A DNA stretch of 64,000 nucleotides. Origin: an uncultured delta proteobacterium. GTDB lineage: Bacteria; Myxococcota; Myxococcia; SLRQ01. Position numbers and translations under genes: made by a program. The stretch covers positions 480,001 through 544,000 of the forward strand of contig CAVSGM010000002.1 in assembly GCA_963727485.1 (NCBI GenBank). Reading direction: 5' to 3'. Under the pieces are notes generated by a model, which saw only the letters and a program-made list of their open reading frames with translations, had not been told where the DNA came from and made no database searches. Shown piece by piece: positions 7,829 through 16,598 of the stretch (the stretch's first letter is position 1; each line of letters opens with the position of its first letter).

Positions 7829-9274
7829 ATGCGACGCATCCTGCCGCTCGTCCTCGCCGCGGGGCTCACCTTGGGGGCCGCCCTCTGGGCCGGCTGCTCG
7901 GTGCAGTGCCACTACGACACCGACTGCGCCGGGGCCCAGGTCTGCTCCAAGGGCAGCTGCGTGGCCCCCGACGTCCACCGGCAGGCCTTCGGCATCTGCG
8001 ACACCGCCGCCGACTGCGCCGCCACCGAGGTCTGCATCAGCGGGAGCTGCATCGCCAAGAACGCCCTTGGCGACGGGGGCGTGACCGACGGCGGCACCGC
8101 CGACGCCGGCGACTGCCCGGCCGGGCCCGTCTCCGCGTGCACCAACAGCGCCAACGCCAACTGCCCCTGCCTCGGCGGCAGCTACCGCTTCATCCCCGAC
8201 CCCAAGAACTGCGCCGGCTTCGACCCCTCGGCGATCACCGTGGTCCAGGACGGCTGCAACCTCACCACCTTCATCAACGGCGTGGGCCAGCTCACCGGGA
8301 CCGTGGATCAGTCCGGCACCGTCCACATGGCCGGCCTGTTCACCTGCAGCGGCGCCAAGGACCCGAACACCGAGGCCATCGCCCTCACCTGCCAGACCTG
8401 CAACAACACCCTCATCCCCTTCCTCGCCGAGGCCCCCTCCAGCGTGGTCCCGAGCGGCCCGTTCCTCATGGGCACCGGCGGGATCCCCGACGGCGGCACC
8501 GCCGACGGGGGCACCGCGGACGGGGGCACCGCGGACGGCGGCGCGAGCGACGGCGGCTACCCGGCGGACACCCAGCCCGAGCACCAGGTCGACCTCGGCT
8601 GCTTCCGGATGGACACCAACGAGGTGACCAACCGGTACTACTACGACTGCGTGAACCCGGGTCCGAACTACACCGGGACCCCCTGCGGCCTCCCGCCGGG
8701 CTTCACCAGCCCCGACGAGCTCCGCCAGGCCCCGGCCGACCACCTCCCGGTCATGGGCGTGAGCTGGAAGGACGCGCGGAACTACTGCAAGTACGTGGGG
8801 GGCGACCTGCCCACCGAGGCCGAGTGGGAGAAGGCGGCCCGGGGCGGGTGCGACCTCTACGGGGCCCCCACCTGCGAGCCCGGCGTCGACGACCCCGACT
8901 ACCCCTGGGGCAACGACGCGTCCAAGGTCTGCAGCGACCAGGACGACGTGTTCCAGGCCTGCGGGACCAGCGGCCCGGTCTCCGAGGACCAGTACGTGAC
9001 GGGGGCCTCGGGCTACGGCATCGTCCACCTCGCCGGCAACGTCCGGGAGTGGGTGCGCGACGCCTACAGCGCCACCTGGTACGCCCAGAGCCCCGCCACC
9101 GACCCCGTCGGACCGGCCCAGAACAGCACCCCGGAGCGGGTGATCCGCGGCGGGGCCTTCGACACCGACCCCTCGGCGGGGACCGTGTGGCGCCGGGACC
9201 ACGCGAGCGACAGCCTGCCCGGCGGCGCCTCGAGCATCGGCGACGTCGGCTTCCGCTGCGTCCGCGAGCACTGA
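7829..9274 (+). CDS. Cys-rich lipoprotein with C-terminal formylglycine-generating-enzyme (SUMF1/EgtB/PvdO) domain
   Basis: Lipobox LWAGC; GPFLMG, EVTN..Y, PVMGVSWKDARNYC, LPTEAEWEKAARG, GNVREWV, RVIRGG, GFRCVR. Confidence 0.85.
   Translation: MRRILPLVLAAGLTLGAALWAGCSVQCHYDTDCAGAQVCSKGSCVAPDVHRQAFGICDTAADCAATEVCISGSCIAKNALGDGGVTDGGTADAGDCPAGPVSACTNSANANCPCLGGSYRFIPDPKNCAGFDPSAITVVQDGCNLTTFINGVGQLTGTVDQSGTVHMAGLFTCSGAKDPNTEAIALTCQTCNNTLIPFLAEAPSSVVPSGPFLMGTGGIPDGGTADGGTADGGTADGGASDGGYPADTQPEHQVDLGCFRMDTNEVTNRYYYDCVNPGPNYTGTPCGLPPGFTSPDELRQAPADHLPVMGVSWKDARNYCKYVGGDLPTEAEWEKAARGGCDLYGAPTCEPGVDDPDYPWGNDASKVCSDQDDVFQACGTSGPVSEDQYVTGASGYGIVHLAGNVREWVRDAYSATWYAQSPATDPVGPAQNSTPERVIRGGAFDTDPSAGTVWRRDHASDSLPGGASSIGDVGFRCVREH
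8489..8556 (+). repeat. In-frame 15-bp tandem repeat encoding (DGGTA)n
   Basis: GACGG(C/G)GGCACCGC(C/G) repeated; protein PDGGTADGGTADGGTADGGASDGG. Confidence 0.7.
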
Positions 9275-9291
9275 TCCCGTTCGGGCCCGGA

Positions 9292-10170
9292 TCAGGGGTT
9301 CGGCAGGCTGGTGTCGCCCTGGGGCGCGTTGGCCGGCAGCGACACCTCCTCCGACACGGTGACCGGCGCGGCGGCCCCGGCGGGGAAGCGCAGGGCCCCC
9401 GCCGCCGCCTTCAGGCAGTCCTCGACCGCCTGGTTCATCAGGGTGCTGTCCCGGAGGACCGCCGCCTGGACCCCACCGCCCGGGCCCACCGTGAGGTCCA
9501 CCGTGGCCTCTCCGGCCAGCGCCGGATCCGCCATCACCCCCCGGGCGAGGCAGCTCTCGAAGAAGCCGTGCTTGCCCCGAAGCGCGAAGCGCAGGGCCGC
9601 GGCGTCCACCGGGCCCGTGCCCGGGGGCGGCGGGCGCATCCGCTCCGCCGCCTGGCGCACCGCGACGTAGAAGCCCGGGAGGTCCCCGCGCCACACCGCC
9701 GCGGCCCGGCCCACCACCCGGCCGGAGATCCCCACCGCCCAGAGGTCGAGGGCCCGGGCCTTCCCGGACCGGCCCACCCAGCCCCCGAGGACCTGGTCGG
9801 CGCCGAAGCGCCGGGCGAGACGGGCGAGATCCGCCGGGCGGCCCCGGCCCAGGAGCCGGCGGCGCCGCGAGGCGTCCCAGAAGGCGTCGAGGTCGCTCTC
9901 GTGGCGGACCTCGTACCCGGCGGAGGCCAGGGCCACGGTCACCAGGCGCCCGACCCGGTCGGCGACGTCCCCTGGGACCCCGCGGGCGGAGAGGTCGAGG
10001 AGGATCGCCTTGGGGTGGTCGCCGGGGGAGAAGAAGCCCGGCGCCTCCTCGGGGGCGACCTCGGGCCGCGCCGGTCCGGGGACCGGCACGCAGGCACAGA
10101 CCCCGGCGGCGACGGCCCAGGCGACCCCGGCCACGCAGCACCGCCGGAGCCAGTGGAGGTGGGCGCGCAT
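9292..10170 (-). CDS. Putative lipoprotein with AgmX/PglI (TonB-C-like) C-terminal domain
   Basis: FESC....DPALAGEATVDLTVGPGGGV...STLMNQAVEDCL...LRFP; N-terminal hydrophobic stretch ending in CAC. Confidence 0.65.
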   Translation of the reverse strand: MRAHLHWLRRCCVAGVAWAVAAGVCACVPVPGPARPEVAPEEAPGFFSPGDHPKAILLDLSARGVPGDVADRVGRLVTVALASAGYEVRHESDLDAFWDASRRRRLLGRGRPADLARLARRFGADQVLGGWVGRSGKARALDLWAVGISGRVVGRAAAVWRGDLPGFYVAVRQAAERMRPPPPGTGPVDAAALRFALRGKHGFFESCLARGVMADPALAGEATVDLTVGPGGGVQAAVLRDSTLMNQAVEDCLKAAAGALRFPAGAAAPVTVSEEVSLPANAPQGDTSLPNP

Positions 10171-10265
10171 GGGTCCGCTCTACCACCTTTCCCGACCTCG
10201 GGGCACGACCGGGTTTTTCGTGGGGCTCCCCGGAGCGCTACAATGGGAGGCACGCAGGTCCCCCC

Positions 10266-12054
10266 ATGAGCGAGCCCGACTTCACCCCCACCGTCGCCGA
10301 GCGCCCTGGCGCCGAAGGCGACGCCGCCGCCAAGGCCCAGACCAAGGCCGCCGCCGATGTCTTCCTCTACCTGGGGAAGGCCATCAAGAACATCGGCATC
10401 TACCTCCACAACAAGGCCCGCCACCTGGAGTTCCTGGAGCCGGTGCTTGGCACCCTCCAGGCCTACACCGAGGCCTACGGGCCCCTCGCAGTACGCGTGG
10501 ACACCGACGCCTTCTACTTCAAGAAGGAGGCGGTGTTCACCGAGAGCTTCCAGAGCGACTCCATCCCCTACCGCTTCTACCGCTCCGGGATCCGCCAGCT
10601 GGTGCTCCGCGACGGCCTCGACATGGGCGAGCTCCAGGCCTTCGCCGGCATCTGCATGGCGAACTTCAAGAGCGCCGAGAACCTGGGCAAGGACGTCCTG
10701 GCCCTGCTCTGGGAGGCCGAGCTCGAGAACGTCGAGTACGTCGTCGTCGAGGGCTTCCAGATCGAGGGGATGACCGACGAGGACGTGGAGGTGGAGGTCG
10801 ACCAGATCGTCAGCTACCTCTACAGCCGCCTCAAGTCGAACACCGGCGACTACCTGCGCTTCGCCCGGCTCTCGGCCCAGGATCTGGAGACCAAGCTCGA
10901 GGGCGTCGATCAGAATCCGCGGGGCGGTGATCACCGGCGAGCCCGCCAGCGACGAGAAGCGCCACGAGATCCGCGAGGAGCTCGCCCTCGACGAGCGGGA
11001 GCGGATGCTCCCCAAGCTGGTGAACATCGTGTTCCGGGCCATCGAGTCCGACGTGGGGACCGAGGGCGAGGAGGCGGTCCGCGAGGTGTTCACCCAGCTC
11101 CTCGACGCCATGCTCCTCCAGGAGGACTTCGCTTCGGTCGACCACATCGTCACCAAGTTCAAGTCCCTGGAGCGCGACCCCACCAAGGGCGAGATGTTCG
11201 CCCGGCTCCGGGCCTACTTCGTGGTGAAGATGGGCGAGGAGGAGCGCCTCCGGAAGATTGGCGAGATCCTCAACACCAGCCGGCCGGAGAACAGCCGGGA
11301 CATCTTCCGCTACCTCTTCAACCTCGACTCGAACGCCGTGCCCCCGCTCCTCGACGTCCTGGAGACCGTGGAGATCCAGGAGAACCGCGAGGTCCTCTGC
11401 GACGCCCTGGTGGCGCTGGGCGCCGACAACCCCGACCCCTTCATCAACCGCCTCCAGTCGGACAAGTCGCAGCTGGTGCGCGACATGATCTACGTCATCG
11501 ACCGCATCGACTTCCCCGACAAGGTGAAGATGTTCGGCCAGGTCCTGGCCAACCCCAACCTCGCGGTGCGCCTCGAGGCCCTGGGCATCATCGCCCGCTC
11601 CAAGACCGAGGAGTGCCGCCAGCTCGTCGCCGACTGCCTCGGCGATCCCAACGGGCAGATGCGCATCCAGGCGGCGCGGCTCCTGCCTCTCTTCGACGAG
11701 CTCAAGGCCTACATGGACCTCGCCCGGGTGGTGAAGACGCCCGAGTTCGAGAAGCGCGACCTCAAGGAGCGCCTCCAGGTGTTCGCGGCGCTCGGCAGCA
11801 CCCAGCAGCAGGGGGCCCTGGCGCTCTTCGACCAGATGCTCCACCAGAAGAGCCTGTTCAACAAGAAGAAGCTGGTGGAGGACAAGGCGCTGGCCATCAC
11901 CGGGCTCTCCCAGCTGGTCTCCATCCCCTCGTTCAAGCTCCTGCAGGCCGAGGCGGAGAACAAGGCCAACACCCCCGAGCTGGTGGCCGCGGCCCGCCGG
12001 GGCATGGGCGCGGTGCGCACCCGGCTCTTCGGCACCGACGAGGAGGCCCCCTGA
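10266..12054 (+). CDS. HEAT-repeat protein (frameshift near 10914)
   Basis: Frame 10266 reads sensibly to ...EGVDQ; frame 10927 continues ITGEPAS... with HEAT repeats. Removing one A (CAGAATCC to CAGATCC) joins them. Confidence 0.75.
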
Positions 12055-13349
12055 TGGCCGACAACCTGAAGATCAGCGCCGTCGACACCTCCGAGCGCCT
12101 CGACGAGTTCGGCCGGGAGCACAGCGAGAAGCTCCAGAACCTGGCCAAGCAGCTCGTCGCCTCGCTCTACATGCTGGTGCGCTCGGTGAAGCTCTACGAC
12201 CCCGAGAACGCCATCTTCGACAAGCCCCTCGAGGTCCTCAAGGACACCATCAACACCATCATCGCCGCCGACCACCAGCTCGTCCTCCAGGCCGTGAAGG
12301 ACTCGTTCTACGTGAACAACATGCTGGTGAAGGTCGACTACAACAGCCTGGACAACGTCCGGCAGCTCATCGCCGAGTTCAAGGAGCACGAGGTCGGCGG
12401 CTTCGTCCTCCAGAAGACGGTGAGCCTCGACGACCTGCGCAACTTCATCTTCATCTTCTCCAGGGACAAGGACGACGGCGTCGACGAGGACGGCCTCGCC
12501 GGCCGGAAGCTGGTCAGCATCAAGCTGTCCAAGTGGAAGAACATCAAGGAGAAGATCCAGGACGACGCCGACCAGAAGGTCGACCGGAAGAAGTACGCGG
12601 TCACCGTCTACGCCCGGACCGTCCTCTACATGAAGAAGTACCTCGAGCGCCTCGAGGCCGGCGAGACCCTCTCCCTGCGCACCGCCGAGCGGCTGATCCA
12701 GGACCTGGTCGACATCTGCTTCGAGCAGCGCAGCCACTTCCTGGGCATGACCACCATGGAGGAGACGCGGGAGTACCTCATCTACCACTCGGTGAACGTG
12801 GCGCTGATCGCCATCGTCTTCGCCTCGGAGCTCGGCCTCACCAAGCAGCAGCTCAAGGAGCTCGGGGTCATCGCCCTGCTCCACGACATCGGCATGGTCA
12901 CCGTCTCCCAGGACCTGCGCACCAAGCGCGGCGCCCTCTCGAACAAGGAGCGGGAGACCATCGACGCGGCGCCCCTGGCGGCGGTGAAGGCCATCCTCCA
13001 GCGCGGCGGCATCTCCAAGAGCGAGGTGGCGCGGCTGGTGTCCACCGTGGAGCACCACGAGGACTTCGGGACCCCGGTGAAGGACTCCCGGGGGAACATC
13101 CAGATGATCATCCCCCGATCCAGCCTCGCCGTGTACTCGAGGATCCTGGCCATCGCCAACGCCTACGACGCGCTGACCAGCAAGCGGCCCTACCGGGATG
13201 CCTACGGACCCGAGGTGGCGCTCACCCTCATGTGGACCGAGATGCGCCACAAGTTCGACCCGGACCTCCTCAAGATCTTCATGAAGGTCATGGCGGTGGC
13301 GCCGGTGCGGGTGCTGGCACCCGGCAGCCAGGCCGTGGCGCTGGGCTAG
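12054..13349 (+). CDS. HD-GYP-like protein (degenerate, lacks GYP motif)
   Basis: TGATG coupling with the upstream gene; YHSVNVA, ALLHDIG, EHHEDFGTP (no GYP), ANAYDALTSKRPYR. Confidence 0.85.
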   Translation: MADNLKISAVDTSERLDEFGREHSEKLQNLAKQLVASLYMLVRSVKLYDPENAIFDKPLEVLKDTINTIIAADHQLVLQAVKDSFYVNNMLVKVDYNSLDNVRQLIAEFKEHEVGGFVLQKTVSLDDLRNFIFIFSRDKDDGVDEDGLAGRKLVSIKLSKWKNIKEKIQDDADQKVDRKKYAVTVYARTVLYMKKYLERLEAGETLSLRTAERLIQDLVDICFEQRSHFLGMTTMEETREYLIYHSVNVALIAIVFASELGLTKQQLKELGVIALLHDIGMVTVSQDLRTKRGALSNKERETIDAAPLAAVKAILQRGGISKSEVARLVSTVEHHEDFGTPVKDSRGNIQMIIPRSSLAVYSRILAIANAYDALTSKRPYRDAYGPEVALTLMWTEMRHKFDPDLLKIFMKVMAVAPVRVLAPGSQAVALG

Positions 13350-14317
13350 GCGCGCAGCGCCGCCAGCGCCGCCTCCCACTCCGGGGGCAGAGGCGCCTCG
13401 AAGGTCATCCGCGCCCCCGAGTCCGGGTGGTCGAAGGAGAGCCGCCAGGCGTGGAGGCCCTGGTGGCCCAGACGCGCCGCCGCCTCCCGCACCGCCGAGG
13501 ACGGGCTGGTGCGGTCCCGGCGCCCGCCGCCGTAGACCTTGTCGCCGAGGAGCGGGTGGCCGGCCTCGGTGAGGTGGACCCGGATCTGGTGGGTGCGCCC
13601 GGTCAGGAGGCGCACCTCGAGGCGGGCGGCGTGGTCGAAGGTCTCGACCACCTTCCACCGGGTCACCGCCCGGCGCGCGTCCTTGCGGCCCTCCACCCCC
13701 TTGGCGGTGAAGCGCTTGCGGTCCCGGGGGTGCCGGGCGAAGGCGGTGTCCAGGACCCCCTCGCCCTGCCTCGGCACCCCGTGGACCAGGGCCTGGTAGA
13801 TCTTCTCCACCTCCCGGGCCTTGAACTGGGCCTGGAGGGCCCGGAGCGCCGCCTCGGTCCGGGCGACGACCATCACCCCGGTGGTGCCCTTGTCGAGGCG
13901 GTGGACGATCCCCGGCCGGCGCTCGCCGCCGATCCCCGGGAGGTCGGGGAAGCGATGGAGGAGCACGTTGACCACCGTCCCGTCCGGGGTCCCCGGCGCC
14001 GGGTGGACCGCCATCCCCGCGGGCTTGGCGAGGACGATGATCGCGGCGTCGGCGTGGAGGACGGTGAGGGGCAGGTCCTGGGGCGCCGGGCCGTCCTCGG
14101 GGGTGACCGGGTCGGGGACGGCGACCACCACCTGTGCCCCTTCGGCGACCCGGGACGCGGGCCGGGTGACGACCTGGCCGTCGACGGTCACGGCGCCACC
14201 GGCGAGGAGCTGCTGCACCCGGGCCCGGGAGAGCGCCGGGACCTCGGCGGCGATCACCTGGTCAAGGCGCCGCCGCCCGGCTTCGGGCCGCACCACGAAG
14301 CGGTGGGCCTCGGCCAC
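13346..14317 (-). CDS. rluD: RluD-type 23S rRNA pseudouridine synthase (S4 domain)
   Basis: S4-like RRLDQ..SRARVQ; KPAGMAVHP, RPGIVHRLDKGTTG, TGRTHQIRVH. Confidence 0.85.
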   Translation of the reverse strand: MAEAHRFVVRPEAGRRRLDQVIAAEVPALSRARVQQLLAGGAVTVDGQVVTRPASRVAEGAQVVVAVPDPVTPEDGPAPQDLPLTVLHADAAIIVLAKPAGMAVHPAPGTPDGTVVNVLLHRFPDLPGIGGERRPGIVHRLDKGTTGVMVVARTEAALRALQAQFKAREVEKIYQALVHGVPRQGEGVLDTAFARHPRDRKRFTAKGVEGRKDARRAVTRWKVVETFDHAARLEVRLLTGRTHQIRVHLTEAGHPLLGDKVYGGGRRDRTSPSSAVREAAARLGHQGLHAWRLSFDHPDSGARMTFEAPLPPEWEAALAALRA

Positions 14318-14321
14318 GGAG

Positions 14322-14589
14322 CTACCAGAATCGGCGACTTGATGCGCCCCTTGTGCCAGATGACGATGTCGACCAGGGCCCGGTCGTAGTAGTTCGTCTT
14401 GGCGTAGAGGTCGGGGTGGACGCCGCTCTTGTAGAGCTCCCGCCCCTCCTCGATCTCCTCGTGGAGCCGGTTGAAGAGGTCGTCGTTCTGGATGCCCTCG
14501 ATGATCTTCTGCTCGTTGTAGAGCGAGATGTCGGAGGCAATGGCGCGGGCGCGCCGCCAGGCTGCTTCGGGGGTCTCGATGAGCGCCAT
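14322..14589 (-). CDS. romX: RomX-like small polarity protein (1-nt insertion near the 3' end; true end ...KSPIW*)
   Basis: RARAIASDISLYNEQKI..DLF...EEIEEGRELYK...TNYYDRALVDI matches my recollection of myxobacterial RomX, as does its position upstream of rluD. GATTCTGGTAG corrected to GATCTGGTAG restores IW*. Confidence 0.6.
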
Positions 14590-14601
14590 GGGTCATCCTT
14601 A

Positions 14602-15198
14602 CTACGGCAAGAGCTCGGTGTGCCAGTACGCGACGTCGGCCTCGTCGATGAACGGGCGCCACGCCTCGTGCATGATGGGGCGCAGCCCCCGCTGCACCAG
14701 CGGCGACCACCGGGGCCGGGCGGGCTCGGAGAGGAGCTTCATCCGGGCCTGGGCCGGGGTGCGCCCGCCCTTCTTGAGGTTGCAGGGGATGCAGCAGCAG
14801 ACCACGTTCTCCCAGGTGGTCAGCCCCCCCTGGCTCCTGGGGTTCACGTGGTCGAGGTTGAGCTCGGTCCGCGGGAGGGTCCGGCCGCAGTACTGGCAGG
14901 TGTTGCGGTCGCGCAGGTAGATGTTCTGCCGGGAGAAGCGCACGTGGTTTCTGGGGAAGTGGCTGCAGGCGTGGAGCAGGATCACCCGCGGCACCCCGAT
15001 CCGCCGGCTCACCGTCCCGATGGTCTCGTCGTGGAGCTCCGCGGAGAGGGCCGCCCAGCTGGGGAAGTCGAAGGTGTTGAACTGGCGGTCCACGGCCCGC
15101 GCGAAGCCCTGGTACATGAGGGCGAAGGCGCGCTTCACCGTGGTCACGTGGATCGGCTGGTAGTGCCGATTCAGGACCAGAACCGCCGAGTTCAACAT
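14602..15198 (-). CDS. HNH endonuclease (McrA-like, conserved)
   Basis: VLVLN..YQPI; RFSRQNIYLRDRNTCQYCG; DHVNPRSQGG..WENVVCCC..CNLKKG. Confidence 0.9.
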   Translation of the reverse strand: MLNSAVLVLNRHYQPIHVTTVKRAFALMYQGFARAVDRQFNTFDFPSWAALSAELHDETIGTVSRRIGVPRVILLHACSHFPRNHVRFSRQNIYLRDRNTCQYCGRTLPRTELNLDHVNPRSQGGLTTWENVVCCCIPCNLKKGGRTPAQARMKLLSEPARPRWSPLVQRGLRPIMHEAWRPFIDEADVAYWHTELLP

Positions 15199-15239
15199 CG
15201 CGGAAGAATTATAGGGCCCGGCGCCGGGCCGGGCGCAAG

Positions 15240-16598
15240 TCAGGGGCCGGCGGCGCGGCGGACGGCGGCGGCCAGCACCTCCAGGGCGTCCGGGGGCACG
15301 GTGCGCAGGTGGAGGCGCAGGCGGCCCTCCCGGACCACCCCCACCACCGCCGGCTCGCCCAGGCGCAGGCGGGCGGCGAGGGCCTCGGCGTCGGGGTGAT
15401 CGACCTCCACCGCCATCCCCGGGAGGCGGCGTCCCGGGGCCGAGCCCCCGCCCACCGCGTCCTCCACCGGGACCAGGCGGCACCCCACCCCGCCCTCCGC
15501 CAGGCGCCGGCAGACCGCCTCGCCGAGGGCGGCGAGATCGGGGACGGTGGCCCGGAGCCGGGCCACCACCGGGAGGGCCTCGGGGCCGTCGCGCCAGGCC
15601 CGGAGGGTGGCCTCGAGGGCGGCGAGGGTGAGCTTGCCCGGGCGCAGGGCCCGCATCAGGGGGTGGCGCCGGACCCGGGCCACCGCCTCGCCCCGGCCCA
15701 CCACCAGGCCCGCCTGGGGCCCGCCGAGGAGCTTGTCCCCGGAGAAGCACACCAGCTCCGCCCCGGCGGCGAGGCTCTCGGCGACGGTGGGCTCCCCGTC
15801 GAGGGCGCCGGGGAGGGCCATCGGGAGGCCGGCGCCGAGGTCGTGGACCAGCGGGACCCCGAGGCCGCCGGCGAGGCCGGCCAGGTCCCGGAGGGGGACC
15901 TCCTCGGTGAACCCGGTGACCGCGAAGTTCGAGCGGTGGACCTTGAGCAGCGCCCCGGTCCCGGGGCCGGCGGCGCGCCGGTAGTCCGAGAGGCGCGTCC
16001 GGTTGGTGGTCCCCACCTCGACCAGCCGGCACCCGGAGGTGGTGAGGACCTCGGGGATCCGGAAGCCGCCGCCGATCTCCACCAGCTCCCCCCGGGAGAC
16101 CACCACCTCCCGGCCGGCGGCCACGGTGGCCAGGGCGAGCATCACCGCGGCGGCGCCGTTGTTGACCACCACCGCGTCCTCGGCGCCGGTGAGCCCCCGG
16201 AGGAGGCCGCTGGCCGCCGTGTCCCGGTGCCCCCGGCGGCCGGTCTCCAGGTCGAGCTCCACCGCGGCGGCCCCGGCGGCGCCCTGGATCGCCCGCTGGG
16301 CCGCCGGGGCCAGGGGGGCCCGCCCGAGGCCGGTGTGGAGGACGACCCCGGTGGCGTTGAGGACCTGGCGGACGCGCGGGCGGGCCAGGGCCGAGACCGC
16401 CGCGACGACGGCGTCGTCCGGGATCCCGGCCCCCGCAGCCCCGCCGCCGAGGATCCGCGCCCGGGCGGCGTCGACGGCGGCGCGGATCCCGGCGACCACC
16501 CGGGCCCGGCCGTGGGTCGCCACCAGGGCCTGGACCGCCGGCCGCCGGAGGACCTCGTCCACCGCCGGCAGGGCTCGGAGCGCCGCCTCCCGGCTCAT
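15240..16598 (-). CDS. selA: L-seryl-tRNA(Sec) selenium transferase
   Basis: NATGVVLHTGLGRAPL, VVNNGAAA, SRGELVEIGGGFRIPE, EVGTTNRT, FSGDKLLGGPQAG. Confidence 0.95.
   Translation of the reverse strand: MSREAALRALPAVDEVLRRPAVQALVATHGRARVVAGIRAAVDAARARILGGGAAGAGIPDDAVVAAVSALARPRVRQVLNATGVVLHTGLGRAPLAPAAQRAIQGAAGAAAVELDLETGRRGHRDTAASGLLRGLTGAEDAVVVNNGAAAVMLALATVAAGREVVVSRGELVEIGGGFRIPEVLTTSGCRLVEVGTTNRTRLSDYRRAAGPGTGALLKVHRSNFAVTGFTEEVPLRDLAGLAGGLGVPLVHDLGAGLPMALPGALDGEPTVAESLAAGAELVCFSGDKLLGGPQAGLVVGRGEAVARVRRHPLMRALRPGKLTLAALEATLRAWRDGPEALPVVARLRATVPDLAALGEAVCRRLAEGGVGCRLVPVEDAVGGGSAPGRRLPGMAVEVDHPDAEALAARLRLGEPAVVGVVREGRLRLHLRTVPPDALEVLAAAVRRAAGP

Noticed and set aside
7829..9274. FGE/C-type-lectin protein as a diversity-generating retroelement target
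   Set aside because: No reverse transcriptase and no template repeat matching the 3' end were seen in the window.
14602..15198. HNH gene as a homing endonuclease or mobile element
   Set aside because: Host-like GC and codon use, no intron/intein context; it resembles the widespread stand-alone McrA-like HNH family.
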